From positions 1 through 62,568 of the forward strand of contig DATDBD010000149.1 of NCBI GenBank assembly GCA_036525015.1: 62,568 bases of DNA, in the 5' to 3' direction. Positions within the stretch are counted from its first letter, which is position 1. Every line of letters starts with the position of its first letter. The stretch is from Lysobacter sp. Its GTDB lineage: Bacteria > Pseudomonadota > Gammaproteobacteria > Xanthomonadales > Xanthomonadaceae. The position numbers were made by a program, and so were the translations under genes. This document shows positions 31,564 to 41,273 of the stretch, one piece after another. The notes under the pieces are model-generated. The model had not been told where the DNA came from, made no database searches, and was given only the letters and a program-made list of their open reading frames with translations.

Positions 31564-32529
31564 ATGAAGCGCCGGTCGCGCCTTCGGACCGCGCTGCGCA
31601 CGGGTCTGACACGTCCGCGCGATCCCGAATCCCTGCCCGCCCGTCTCGATCGCCGGCGCGTCTACGTGCTGCCCACGCGCTTCGGCCTGTTCTACGCGAC
31701 GTTGCTGTTCACCATGACCGCCGGTTCGTTGAACTACAACAACAATCCCGCCCTGCTGCTGGCCCTGCTGCTGGCTGGTGCGGGGCTGGCGAGCCTGATC
31801 GCGGCGCAACTGCAGCTCACCGGCCTGGAGGTCAATGCCATCGATGCGGAACCCGTGGCCGCTGGCGCACCGATGACGGTCCGCGTGCATGTCAACGCTC
31901 CGCCCAAACGCCTGCGACGCGGGCTGCGTGTCGACGACGACGGGGCACTGGATGCCAGGGCGGGCGTGCTGGACCTGGACCAGGGTCGTGGCGAAGTCGA
32001 CGTCGTGTTCGCCACCGAACAACGCGGCTGGTTCGACCTGCCGCGCCTGCGCCTGTCGACGACGCGTCCCCTGGGCCTGGCGCGGGCCTGGTCCTATGTC
32101 TGGCCCGAAACGCCGCTGCTGGTGTATCCGGCCCCGGAAACCCACGCCCCCCCGCTGCCGGCAGGCATCGGCGAACAAGTGCAGCGTCGCCTGCATGCCA
32201 GCGGCGATGACGTCCACCACCTGCGCGCGTATCGGCCCGGCGATTCGAAGCGGGCCATCGCATGGAAGCCCTCGGCGCGTCGCGACATGCTGATCGTGCG
32301 CGAGTACGAGCGCCCCGTCGGCGCGGACGTGGTGCTGGACTGGCGCCAGATGCCGGGCATCGCGTACGAAGCCCGGATCGCGCGTCTGGCGCGCTGGGTC
32401 GACGAGGCCGAACGCGACGGCCGCCGTTATCGTTTGCTGCTGCCGGGACAGCCTGAGATCGGTCCGGCGCGCGGCACGCTCCATCGCCATGCCTGCCTGC
32501 GCGCGCTGGCGTTGATGCCGCATGTCTAA
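31564..32529 (+). CDS. DUF58 domain protein
   Basis: Two N-terminal TMs, LRAYRPGDSKRAIAWKPSAR..VREYE motif. Confidence 0.9.
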   Translation: MKRRSRLRTALRTGLTRPRDPESLPARLDRRRVYVLPTRFGLFYATLLFTMTAGSLNYNNNPALLLALLLAGAGLASLIAAQLQLTGLEVNAIDAEPVAAGAPMTVRVHVNAPPKRLRRGLRVDDDGALDARAGVLDLDQGRGEVDVVFATEQRGWFDLPRLRLSTTRPLGLARAWSYVWPETPLLVYPAPETHAPPLPAGIGEQVQRRLHASGDDVHHLRAYRPGDSKRAIAWKPSARRDMLIVREYERPVGADVVLDWRQMPGIAYEARIARLARWVDEAERDGRRYRLLLPGQPEIGPARGTLHRHACLRALALMPHV

Positions 32530-34543
32530 GCCTTCGATTCCACTGGACAGCAGTAGTCGGCGCTGGACGCTGGTCGCGTCGGCTGCCTGCCTGCTGCCGC
32601 TGCTGTTGCAACTGCCGGCGCAACTCGGCGGCCTGATCGGGGTGACCGCGGCTGTCGTCGGCCTGCTGGCCTGGCGCCAGCCGCTGCCGGGATGGCTGCG
32701 CCTGGTGCTGACGCTTGCGTTGATCGGAACCGTGCTGGGCGTCGGCGGATTCTCGTTCGGCCGCGACACCGGCTGCGCCCTGTTGGCCGCCATGCTCGCG
32801 GTAAAGCCATCCGAAACCGCGGGCTTGCGCGATGCGCGAAGCATGATCGGGTTCGCCTTGTTTGCGCCGTTCGCGACTTTCCTGCTCGACCAGGGGCCGC
32901 TGTCCCTGCTGCTGGGCCTGGCTGCGACGGTGCTGGCCCTGACCGCGCTTCAGGCACTGGCCGACCTGGAGGTCGGCGACCGCCTGGCACGCACGACCGG
33001 GCGGCGCCTGCTCGGCATCGGCCGCCTGCTCGCGATCGGCCTGCCGTTGGCCCTGTCGGTCTTTTGGCTGTTCCCGCGACTGGGCACGCCGCTGTGGGGC
33101 GTGCCCGAACGCTCGCTTGCCCGTCCGGGTTTGTCCGACCGGATGACGCCGGGTGAGTGGGTCGACGTGATGACCGACGACACGCCGGCGCTGCGTGTGC
33201 GTTTCTTTGGCCCGGCGCCGGATACCTCGCAGATGTATTGGCGTGGACCGGTGCTATGGAATTTCGATGGCCGCAGCTGGACCCAGCCGCAATGGCTGCG
33301 CGGCCTTCCGGCCGCCGCCAGCGAGCCTTCACCGGTTCGCTGGGACTACGAGCTCGAGATCGAACCCACCGATCGCAAGCAACTGGTCGCGCTCGACCTT
33401 CCCATGTCGCCGCCCGAGGACATGCGGTTGTCCCTGGATCACGGGTTGTACGCGTCGAAACCGGTCAGTTCGCTGACCCGCATACGGCTGCGATCGGCCG
33501 AACCAAAGCAGTACGAGGCCAAGCTCGGGCGAGTGCTTCGCGGCATGGCATTGGCGCTGCCCGACGGCTACAACCCGCGCACGCTCGCGCTGGCCCGGCA
33601 ATGGCGGCGGGAAGCCGGTGGCGACGACGAGGCCATCGTGCGCCGCGCATTGGCCTGGGTGCAGCGCGACTTCGCCTACACGCTCGAAACGCCGCTGCTG
33701 GGTCGTCATTCCGTCGATGAATTCCTGTTCGACTACAAGGCCGGCTTCTGCGAGCACTTCAGCTCTTCCTTCGTGGTGCTGATGCGCGGCGCCGGGATTC
33801 CCGCCCGGGTGGTGACCGGCTATACCGGCGGCTACCGCAACCCCATCGGCAACTATTGGCTGGTGCGCCGCTCCGATGCGCACGCCTGGGCCGAGGTCTG
33901 GCTTCCCGACCGCGGCTGGGTGCGGGTTGACCCGACCGCGGCGGTGGCGCCGGAGCGCATCTACGACACCCTGGCCGACCGCGCGCCCGGCGGGGACATG
34001 CTCGGCGGGGGCATGACCTCGCTGCTCAATACCGGCGACTGGCTGCGGCGCGGCTGGAACGATCTGGTCGTCGGCTTCAATGCCGGCCGCCAGGCGGAAC
34101 TGCTCAGGCCTCTGGGCATCGACCGGCTGGAAGGGTCGCACCTGTCGCTGCTGTTCGCGCTGACCGCTTCGCTTGCCCTGCTGTGGATGCTGTGGCTCAG
34201 CGCGCAGGGCCAGCGCGAAGCAGACCCGGTCCTTCGGGCCTGGCACGTGCTCGATCGCCGTTACCGTCGCCTGGGGCTTGGACGCGAACCCCACGAGACC
34301 GCTTCGGACTGGATCCGGCGGGTCGGCCTCGCGCGTCCGGACCTGGCCTTGGCCTTGGAAATACTCAGCGAACGTTTCGTTGATTGGCGGTACGCTGACG
34401 GCCAGACCGGGGGGCGCGCAGCGGATGCCGATCGACAGCGCAGTCTGACCAAGGCACTACGCACGCACCGCCCCACTTCCGAACGCCCGCGCACGGACCC
34501 GCAGGCCGCGACAAAGCAACGGTCCTCTGGAGAACGCCGATGA
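32522..34543 (+). CDS. Membrane transglutaminase-like protein (TgpA/DUF3488 type)
   Basis: Multi-TM N-terminus; catalytic GFCEHFS, HAWAEV and VDPT; YWRGPVL. Confidence 0.9.
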   Translation: MSKPSIPLDSSSRRWTLVASAACLLPLLLQLPAQLGGLIGVTAAVVGLLAWRQPLPGWLRLVLTLALIGTVLGVGGFSFGRDTGCALLAAMLAVKPSETAGLRDARSMIGFALFAPFATFLLDQGPLSLLLGLAATVLALTALQALADLEVGDRLARTTGRRLLGIGRLLAIGLPLALSVFWLFPRLGTPLWGVPERSLARPGLSDRMTPGEWVDVMTDDTPALRVRFFGPAPDTSQMYWRGPVLWNFDGRSWTQPQWLRGLPAAASEPSPVRWDYELEIEPTDRKQLVALDLPMSPPEDMRLSLDHGLYASKPVSSLTRIRLRSAEPKQYEAKLGRVLRGMALALPDGYNPRTLALARQWRREAGGDDEAIVRRALAWVQRDFAYTLETPLLGRHSVDEFLFDYKAGFCEHFSSSFVVLMRGAGIPARVVTGYTGGYRNPIGNYWLVRRSDAHAWAEVWLPDRGWVRVDPTAAVAPERIYDTLADRAPGGDMLGGGMTSLLNTGDWLRRGWNDLVVGFNAGRQAELLRPLGIDRLEGSHLSLLFALTASLALLWMLWLSAQGQREADPVLRAWHVLDRRYRRLGLGREPHETASDWIRRVGLARPDLALALEILSERFVDWRYADGQTGGRAADADRQRSLTKALRTHRPTSERPRTDPQAATKQRSSGERR

Positions 34544-35028
34544 TGTTCCGCTTCGCCGTACTCGCTTTCAGCGCGCTGTTGCTCGCCGCCTGCGCCACGG
34601 GGCCCGAGCCGCTGCAGGGCGATTTCAATCCCATCACGCCGCGCGAAGCCGCCGCGGCCGACAGCACCGGTGCGACGGTGCGCTGGGGCGGGCGCATCGT
34701 CCACGTCGAGCCGATGAGCAACCGCACCTGCTTCGAGATGATCTCCGGCCAACTCGACGGTTCCGGCCGACCCTACTGGGGCAGCGACGATACCGGCGGC
34801 CGATTCCTCGCCTGCCGCACCGGCTTCTATGACCCGGCGGTGTTCGAGAGGAACCGCGAAGTGACCTTCATCGGACGTCTCGGCGGTTACGAGAACCGCC
34901 GCATCGGCCAGTACGACTACCGCTTCCCGCGTGTCGAGGCCGACGTCGTCTATCTGTGGCCGCTGCGTGAAACGGCCAGTTTGATCTACCCGTATCCGGC
35001 TCCGTGGCCGTGGTGGGGCTGGTGGTAA
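34540..35028 (+). CDS. slp: Slp-family outer membrane lipoprotein
   Basis: Lipobox LAAC, VRWGGRI, GRFLA..GFYDP; ATGA overlap with the upstream gene. Confidence 0.88.
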   Translation: MMFRFAVLAFSALLLAACATGPEPLQGDFNPITPREAAAADSTGATVRWGGRIVHVEPMSNRTCFEMISGQLDGSGRPYWGSDDTGGRFLACRTGFYDPAVFERNREVTFIGRLGGYENRRIGQYDYRFPRVEADVVYLWPLRETASLIYPYPAPWPWWGWW

Positions 35029-35096
35029 GCGCCCCCTGATCAAGGCTTTCAACCGACGCCCGGCCCGCCGGGCGTCGTCGTACCTGGTTACGGGAT

Positions 35097-35447
35097 TTAT
35101 CTCGGCGTGCCAAAGCGGCCGAGCGGAGCGCCGGCCACCAGATGCATGTGGACCTGGAACACCGTCTGGCCACCGTGGCCATTGCAGTTCATCACCACGC
35201 GGTAGCCGTCCTCGGCAAATCCCTGCTGACGCGCATATTCCGCGGCGGCCAGCGTCAGGCGCCCGATCACCTCGGCCTGGGACGGCTGGAGGTCGTTGAG
35301 CGTGGAGACGTCGGTCTTGGGAACGAACAAGACATGCACCGGCGCCTGTGGGGCGATGTCGCGGAACGCGATCAGGTGCTCGTCCTCGTAGACGATGTCG
35401 GCCGGAATCTCGCGTCGGATGATCTTGTGGAAGATGGTGTCGGACAT
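35097..35447 (-). CDS. hinT: Histidine triad nucleotide-binding protein
   Basis: TIFHKIIRREIPA, AFRDIAPQAPVHVL, GQTVFQVHMHLVAG. Confidence 0.92.
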   Translation of the reverse strand: MSDTIFHKIIRREIPADIVYEDEHLIAFRDIAPQAPVHVLFVPKTDVSTLNDLQPSQAEVIGRLTLAAAEYARQQGFAEDGYRVVMNCNGHGGQTVFQVHMHLVAGAPLGRFGTPR

Positions 35448-35544
35448 GATTCGGTCCCTTGGCAGTTGCCCACATGATGCCGCAAGCGCGTGAAGCTCGA
35501 ATCGGGACAGGGAACGAAGGCGCGCCACCTCAGATGCGCGACGC

Positions 35545-36144
35545 CTATTCCATCATCTCGCTGCGGCTGCCGAAGGCGTGCGACAGCGTTCCGCGATCGA
35601 CGTATTCCAGCTCGCCGCCCAGCGGCACGCCATGGGCGAGGCGGCTGGGACGCACTTTGTGCTGGCGCGCCAACTGGGCCAGGTAATGCGCGGTCGCTTC
35701 GCCTTCGACGGTCGGATTGGTGGCGATGATCAGCTCCTGCACTTCGCCTTCGGCCAGTCGCGCGGCCAGCTTGTCCAGCCCGAGTTCGCGCGGGCCGATG
35801 CCGTCCAGCGGCGACAGCCGGCCCTGCAATACGAAATACAGCCCGCGGAAGCCCGTCGCCTGCTCGATGGCGAGGCGATCGGCGGGCGATTCGACCGCGC
35901 ACAACAGGTGCGCATCGCGCGAGGCGCTGGCGCAGGTCGAGCAGACTTCGGTCTCGCTGAAGTCGCGACAACGCTCGCACTGGCCGATCTTTTCGACGGC
36001 GACGGCCAGCGCATCCGCCAGGCGTTGCCCGCCGGCGCGATCGCGCTCGAGCACGTGGTAGGCCATGCGCTGCGCCGACTTCTGGCCGACGCCGGGCAGT
36101 ACGCGAAAGGCTTCGATCAGTTGTTCGAGGAGTGATGAGGTCAT
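35545..36144 (-). CDS. recR: Recombination mediator RecR
   Basis: [12 protein letters not shown]4 zinc finger, Toprim [11 protein letters not shown]. Confidence 0.97.
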   Translation of the reverse strand: MTSSLLEQLIEAFRVLPGVGQKSAQRMAYHVLERDRAGGQRLADALAVAVEKIGQCERCRDFSETEVCSTCASASRDAHLLCAVESPADRLAIEQATGFRGLYFVLQGRLSPLDGIGPRELGLDKLAARLAEGEVQELIIATNPTVEGEATAHYLAQLARQHKVRPSRLAHGVPLGGELEYVDRGTLSHAFGSRSEMME

Positions 36145-36164
36145 TGCGGCTGTTTCCCCGACCC

Positions 36165-36255
36165 CTCATTCCCGCTGCAGAGGGAATCCAGCGACTTGAG
36201 CCGTGCCGCCGCAACTGGCGGCAAGGCTCTGGAGTCCCGCATCGGCGGGCATGAC
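36165..36255. repeat. Inverted pair of REP-A units (REPIN-like)
   Basis: CTCATTCCCGC..GGGAATCCAG (36165-36191) and CTGGAGTCCCGC..GCGGGCATGAC (36229-36255) with an internal hairpin. Confidence 0.7.
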
Positions 36256-36280
36256 GCCGGGAAGGAGCGACCGGCTGGTA

Positions 36281-36601
36281 TCAGAACGGCATCTTCATGC
36301 CAGGGGGAACCGGCATGCCGGCGGTCGCGGCCGACATCTTCGCCTGCGACTCGACATTGACCTTGTTGACCGCATCGTTGAAAGCTGCGGCGATCAGGTC
36401 TTCGGCCATCTCGGGATCGGCCAGCACGCTCGGATCGATGCGCACCTTGCGACACTCCATGCGCCCGGAAATGGTGACGCTGACCATGCCGCCGCCGGCG
36501 TTGCCGGTGACTTCGAGCTTGGCCAGCTCTTCCTGGGCGCGCTGCACGTTTTCCTGCATCTTCTGCGCCTGCTGCATCAATTGGGCGATATTTCCACGCA
36601 T
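36281..36601 (-). CDS. ybaB: YbaB/EbfC nucleoid-associated protein
   Basis: [27 protein letters not shown]; between dnaX and recR. Confidence 0.95.
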   Translation of the reverse strand: MRGNIAQLMQQAQKMQENVQRAQEELAKLEVTGNAGGGMVSVTISGRMECRKVRIDPSVLADPEMAEDLIAAAFNDAVNKVNVESQAKMSAATAGMPVPPGMKMPF

Positions 36602-36682
36602 GTCGTTCTACTCGTCTAAGGAAAAGCCCCTCGTCCGAGGGGATGGCCGCGTCGCACGGGCGGCGCGGCGGATGGGTTTCGA

Positions 36683-38503
36683 TCAGTTCTCGTCGAACGG
36701 CCGGATCGAATCCGGCACGACCTTGGCGCCATGCTGCGAGATCAGCCGCTGCACGTCCGGGTCGCTCATGAAGAGCGATTCGGCGGCGGCCTGGCGCTCG
36801 TCGCGGGCGCGCTCGTTGCGCCGATGCAGGGACTCCGCCGGCTGGGCGGCGTCCACGAACTTGATCTGCGGTGCCGCCCCGAGCGTGGAGGCCAACGCGT
36901 CGGCGACCATCCTGACCATCGCATCGCCGCGCAGGTGTTCGTCGGTAGGCGAGAGCGACAGGCTCAACACGCCATCGGCGAAGCCGACGAAGCCGGCATG
37001 CTCGGCGAGCAGGCGCGCCGGCCCCCGCAGGCTGCTCGCCGCCACCAGCGCATGCCACGCATCCTCATCGGCGATGCCGGCACCCTGCACGACGACCGGC
37101 GCAACCACGGAACCATGGCGTGCCGGAAGCGGATCCGGACGGCTTGCCGGTTCGGCGACGCGTGATGGCGCCTGCGCTTGTTCGCGCGGCATTGGCTCGG
37201 GCGAGATCGGGTTGGCCGCTTCCGGCCTGGTTGACTCGGGCCTTGCCTCGGACTGGGCTGATTCTTGGGCAAAAGGATTCGGAGGTGGCACGCGCTCGCG
37301 CGGTGCGGGCGCGGGCGCAACCGGCGTAGCGACGGCAGGCGCGGCACGTTGTACGGGCTCACGCGCGACGGCATGGTTTCCGCCCACCGGCACGCGAGCA
37401 CCTTCGCCCTCGGCAGGCCGAAACGCCAGCATGCGCAGCAACGACATTTCGAAACCGGCACGCGGACTCGGCGCCAGCGGCAGATCGCGGCGGCCGTTCA
37501 AGGCCATCTGGTACCAGAGCTGCACGACCTCCGCGCGCAGGCGCGCGGCCAGCGAATCGATATCCACGCCATCGGTTTCCACCGTCGCCCCCGGCACGAG
37601 TTGCCGCACCTGGATGCGATGCAAAGCGTCGGCCACGGCATCCAGGACGCCGGCCCAGTCCGGGGAGAATTCGGCCAGCGTCGCCACTTCGGCCAGCAGC
37701 CGTTCGCCGTCGCCGTCGGCCAGGGCCGCCAGCAAAGCGCCGACGTGGGTGCGATCCACGGTGCCCAGCATGGCCGCCACGGCGACATCACCGAGCTGGC
37801 CACCGGTGTTGCTGGCGCCGGTGTAGGCGATGGCCTGGTCGAGCAGCGACAGTCCATCGCGCAGGCTGCCGTCGGCGGCCTTGGCGAGCTGGCGGATCGC
37901 GCCGGGCTCGGAGGCGATGCCTTCGGCTTCGAGGATGCGCGTGATCTGCCCCTGGATCTGCTGCTCGTCCAACCGCTTCAGGTTGAACTGCAGGCAGCGC
38001 GACAGCACCGTCACCGGCAGCTTTTGCGGGTCGGTAGTCGCCAGCAGGAACTTCACATGGCCCGGCGGTTCCTCCAGCGTCTTCAGCAGCGCGTTGAAGG
38101 CCGACTTCGACAGCATGTGCACTTCGTCGATCAGGTAGACCTTCACCCGACCGCGGCTGGGCATGTACTGGGCGTTGTCGATGACCTCGCGCACATCGTC
38201 GACACCGGTGTTGCTGGCGGCGTCGATCTCGAGCAGGTCGATGAAGCGTCCCGAGTCGATGTCGCGGCAAGCGCCGCACTCGCCGCACGGTTCGGCGGAG
38301 GTGCCGCGCTCGCAGTTCAACGATTTGGCGAAGATGCGCGCGATCGTGGTCTTGCCGACGCCGCGCGTGCCGGTGAACAGGAAGGCATGGTGAACGCGGC
38401 CGGAATCGAGCGCATTGGTCAGCGCGCGGACCACGTGCTCCTGCCCCACCAGTTCGGCGAAGCGCTTCGGACGCCACTTGCGGGCGAGGACGAGGTAGGA
38501 CAT
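36683..38503 (-). CDS. dnaX: DNA polymerase III subunit tau/gamma
   Basis: MSYLVLARKWRP, GTRGVGKT, IDEVHML, SRC; Pro/Ala-rich linker and C-terminal tau domain. Confidence 0.97.
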   Translation of the reverse strand: MSYLVLARKWRPKRFAELVGQEHVVRALTNALDSGRVHHAFLFTGTRGVGKTTIARIFAKSLNCERGTSAEPCGECGACRDIDSGRFIDLLEIDAASNTGVDDVREVIDNAQYMPSRGRVKVYLIDEVHMLSKSAFNALLKTLEEPPGHVKFLLATTDPQKLPVTVLSRCLQFNLKRLDEQQIQGQITRILEAEGIASEPGAIRQLAKAADGSLRDGLSLLDQAIAYTGASNTGGQLGDVAVAAMLGTVDRTHVGALLAALADGDGERLLAEVATLAEFSPDWAGVLDAVADALHRIQVRQLVPGATVETDGVDIDSLAARLRAEVVQLWYQMALNGRRDLPLAPSPRAGFEMSLLRMLAFRPAEGEGARVPVGGNHAVAREPVQRAAPAVATPVAPAPAPRERVPPPNPFAQESAQSEARPESTRPEAANPISPEPMPREQAQAPSRVAEPASRPDPLPARHGSVVAPVVVQGAGIADEDAWHALVAASSLRGPARLLAEHAGFVGFADGVLSLSLSPTDEHLRGDAMVRMVADALASTLGAAPQIKFVDAAQPAESLHRRNERARDERQAAAESLFMSDPDVQRLISQHGAKVVPDSIRPFDEN

Positions 38504-38564
38504 GCCGCCATTCTGCCACGCCCCGTCGCGACGGCTGCGACCCGGGACCTTGCAAAGGTTCGGC

Positions 38565-38593
38565 TTGTGAGTCGGCGCGCCCGCAGCTAGAAT
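38565..38593 (+). promoter_or_regulatory. sigma70 promoter for tRNA-Ser/ffs
   Basis: TTGTGA-N17-TAGAAT. Confidence 0.6.
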
Positions 38594-38648
38594 TTACGGC
38601 CCTGGAAACGGCCGGAAGCCGCGTTCAGGGCAACGAAGTCCCAGGTGC

Positions 38649-38741
38649 GGAGAGGTGTCCGAGTGGTTGAAGGAGCACGCCTGGAAAGTGTGTAAGCGTC
38701 TAAACCGCGCTTCGGGGGTTCGAATCCCCCTCTCTCCGCCA
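38649..38741 (+). tRNA. tRNA-Ser(GGA)
   Basis: GGAGAGG acceptor stem, anticodon loop CTGGAAA, long variable arm, GTTCGAATC, CCA end. Confidence 0.96.
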
Positions 38742-38756
38742 GCTTCAAGATGATCG

Positions 38757-38785
38757 AAAAGCCCCGCCGTGACAGCGGGGCTTTT
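38757..38785 (+). terminator. Rho-independent terminator after tRNA-Ser
   Basis: AAAAGCCCCGC..GCGGGGCTTTT. Confidence 0.7.
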
Positions 38786-38800
38786 GATGAAACTGTCCAT

Positions 38801-38908
38801 GGTGGCCCCGTCGGCCCCTCGCGACGCTAGGTCGAAAACCCCGCCAGGGCCGGAAGGCAGCAACGGTATCGACTGACGCGGGTGCCGAGGTCAGCCGGCG
38901 GGGCCACC
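38801..38908 (+). ncRNA. ffs: Signal recognition particle RNA (4.5S)
   Basis: Helix-8 motif GCCAGGGCCGGAAGGCAGCA inside a long hairpin closed by GGTGGCCCCG/CGGGGCCACC; next to dnaX. Confidence 0.92.
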
Positions 38909-38984
38909 GCCCGTTTTGGGCCACGCCCAAAACGACCCACGATCCGCTTCGCAGATCGCGGGTCCCGGCCATGCGCTTCCGATC

Positions 38985-39014
38985 CCGCCCTTCGGGCACC
39001 CCTTCACGAAGGGG
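38985..39014 (+). repeat. REP-B-like element
   Basis: CCGCCCTTCGGGCACCCCTTCACGAAGGGG shares the CCGCCCTTCGGGCAC core with 1595-1631. Confidence 0.6.
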
Positions 39015-39052
39015 CTTTCCTCCAGAGTTCCTTTGGCAAGCTGACAGTCGAC

Positions 39053-40054
39053 TCAATTGGCGATGGCAAGTGCGTCGGGTTCGCGGCCCGTCGGCCAGTG
39101 TTCGATGACCCGCCAGCGCTGGGTATCGATTACGGCAATTTCGTCGCCACCGCTGATGGCCACGTAGACGCGCGGTTTGCTCGGATCGGCAATCGCCCCG
39201 ATCGGCAGGGCGGCACGGCCGAGCAAGGTATCGCGATAGTCGACTCCCTTCCGGGACAGCGGCACCGTGCGCTCGACGCGTTTGCGCTCGGCATCGATCA
39301 CCGACAGTGTCGCGGCGCGCGCGTTCGTCACCAACGCGGTGCGCCCGTCCGCCGTGAATGCCACGCGGATCGGGAATCCCGGGCTTTGCAACGTATGGCG
39401 GACCTCCAGTGTCGCCGGGTCATGCACGGTGATCGTCCCCGCCTCGCGGTTGCTGACCCAGACCTCGTCGCGGCCCGGCCGCACGGCAATGCCCTCGGCT
39501 CCCGCTCCGGCAGCGACCTCGTGCGTCTTGCGCAGCGTCTTCAAATCGATCCGGCTCACCGTACCGGCATCGATCTTGGTGACGTAGGCGAAGCGGCCAT
39601 CGGCGGACACGGCGACCATGTGTCCGCGTCCTTCCTCCAGATCAATGGCCGACTCGACGCGACCGCCCTCGATATCCACCAGCACAAGACTGCGCGACGC
39701 CTCGGTGGTCACCACCGCGCGCTTGTCGCCCGGCAGGAAACGCATGCCATGCGGGCGGCCGTGCACTCCAAGATCGATCGTCCGCACGGCCTTACCCGTG
39801 GACAAGTCCAGCACGCTCAGGCTGCTCCCGGGCGACGCGGCTCCATAATTGCTGACCAGTGCGGTACGCCCATCGGCGCTGACCACGATCTCGTGCGGTC
39901 CCGACCCCGTGGCGAATTCGCCCACCTTGCCCCCGTCCTCGGTCGACAGGCGCCATACGGTGTCGGCCGACTTGTTGCCGACCAGCAATTCCGTCGCCGG
40001 CGTGCGCGGCGCGATCAGTGCGAGCGACAGCAACAACACGACCGGGCGGATCAT
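39053..40054 (-). CDS. Secreted YVTN/YncE-type beta-propeller protein
   Basis: Signal peptide MIRPVVLLLSLALIA; repeated PH....S.DG..A.V.N....TLSVID blades. Confidence 0.82.
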   Translation of the reverse strand: MIRPVVLLLSLALIAPRTPATELLVGNKSADTVWRLSTEDGGKVGEFATGSGPHEIVVSADGRTALVSNYGAASPGSSLSVLDLSTGKAVRTIDLGVHGRPHGMRFLPGDKRAVVTTEASRSLVLVDIEGGRVESAIDLEEGRGHMVAVSADGRFAYVTKIDAGTVSRIDLKTLRKTHEVAAGAGAEGIAVRPGRDEVWVSNREAGTITVHDPATLEVRHTLQSPGFPIRVAFTADGRTALVTNARAATLSVIDAERKRVERTVPLSRKGVDYRDTLLGRAALPIGAIADPSKPRVYVAISGGDEIAVIDTQRWRVIEHWPTGREPDALAIAN

Positions 40055-40073
40055 GGAATCGACTCCTTGTGAC

Positions 40074-40520
40074 TCAGGGGTTTTCGGGGCGATCCGGATG
40101 CAGCCAGCCGGCGTCGCCATCGGCGTATTGCTCGTGCTTCCAGATCGGCACCCGCTGCTTGACCTCATCGATGATGAAGCGGCACGCAGCGAAAGCGGCG
40201 TCGCGATGCGCGGCGCTGACGCCGACCCACACCGCCAGCTCGCCGATCGCCAAGTCGCCGATGCGGTGCACGCAGTGCGCATCGAGGATGTCGAACTTTG
40301 CGAGCGCTTCACCCAGGACGCGCTCGCCCTCGGCTTGCGCCAGTGCGGCATAAGCTTCGTAACGAAGTCCGCGAACCGTGCGTCCCTCGTTGTGATCACG
40401 GACCCAGCCTTCGAAGCTGGCGTAACCACCCACCCGGTCATCGAGCAGCCCCGCGCGCAGGGTGCCGGTGTCGAAGGGCGTATCGGCCAGGGCAAAATGC
40501 TTTTTCTGCGGATCGCTCAT
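40074..40520 (-). CDS. moaE: Molybdopterin synthase catalytic subunit
   Basis: FEGWVRDHN, LRYEAY, HRIGDL, SAAHRDAAF, VPIWKHE. Confidence 0.95.
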   Translation of the reverse strand: MSDPQKKHFALADTPFDTGTLRAGLLDDRVGGYASFEGWVRDHNEGRTVRGLRYEAYAALAQAEGERVLGEALAKFDILDAHCVHRIGDLAIGELAVWVGVSAAHRDAAFAACRFIIDEVKQRVPIWKHEQYADGDAGWLHPDRPENP

Positions 40521-40521
40521 G

Positions 40522-40761
40522 TCAGCCTCCGCTTACCGGCGGGATGAAGGCGACCTCGCTGCCGCTGCGCACGGCGTCGTCCCAGCGCGCGAACTCGCCG
40601 TCCACCGCTACCCGCAACCGCTCCTGTGGCAAGGCAAAACCATGGCGTGCGCGCAGCACGTCGTAGAGGGCGCGAAGATCGGCGCCGGCCTCGACGGTCT
40701 CGCTGGCGACGCCGGCCGCGTCGCGCAGACTGGCGAAATACAGCACGGTGACCTGGCCCAT
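40522..40761 (-). CDS. moaD: Molybdopterin synthase sulfur carrier subunit
   Basis: VLYFASLRDAAG..EVAFIPPVSGG with C-terminal GG. Confidence 0.95.
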   Translation of the reverse strand: MGQVTVLYFASLRDAAGVASETVEAGADLRALYDVLRARHGFALPQERLRVAVDGEFARWDDAVRSGSEVAFIPPVSGG

Positions 40762-41273
40762 CACCCTGCCCTCGATGCGGGCTTGGCGTGTTCGCCAAAG
40801 TCGTGGCGCCCGCCGCGCTTGCCCAGCAGCTTCGCCGGGCCGATCACGATCCGGTGCGACAGCGCCTTGCACATGTCGTACACGGTCAGCGCCGCCACAG
40901 TGGCGCCGGTCAGCGCTTCCATCTCGACTCCGGTGCGATGCGTCGTCTTGACCGCGCACTCGATATTCAATGAGTTGTCGCCATCCCAGTCGATCGCGAC
41001 TCGGCAGCCATCGATCGGCAGCGGATGGCAGAACGGAATCAGTTCGTGAGTGCGTTTGACCGCCATGGTCGCGGCGATGATCGCCGTCTCGACGATGCCG
41101 CCCTTGGCACTCTTGAGTCCACTGGCGCGCAACTGCGCGGCGACCTGTGCCGGAAAGCGGACCCTGCATTGCGCGACCGCTTCACGCGCGGTCACGGCCT
41201 TGGCCGATACGTCGACCATGGCAGGTCGACCGGCCGGATCGAGATGGGTCAGTTTCTTCGCCTTGCTCTTCAT
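40761..41273 (-). CDS. moaC: Cyclic pyranopterin monophosphate synthase
   Basis: [35 protein letters not shown]. Confidence 0.96.
   Translation of the reverse strand: MKSKAKKLTHLDPAGRPAMVDVSAKAVTAREAVAQCRVRFPAQVAAQLRASGLKSAKGGIVETAIIAATMAVKRTHELIPFCHPLPIDGCRVAIDWDGDNSLNIECAVKTTHRTGVEMEALTGATVAALTVYDMCKALSHRIVIGPAKLLGKRGGRHDFGEHAKPASRAG

Noticed and set aside
36683-38503. Programmed -1 frameshift in dnaX producing a gamma subunit
   Set aside because: No A-AAA-AAG or poly-A slippery run was seen in the coding strand.
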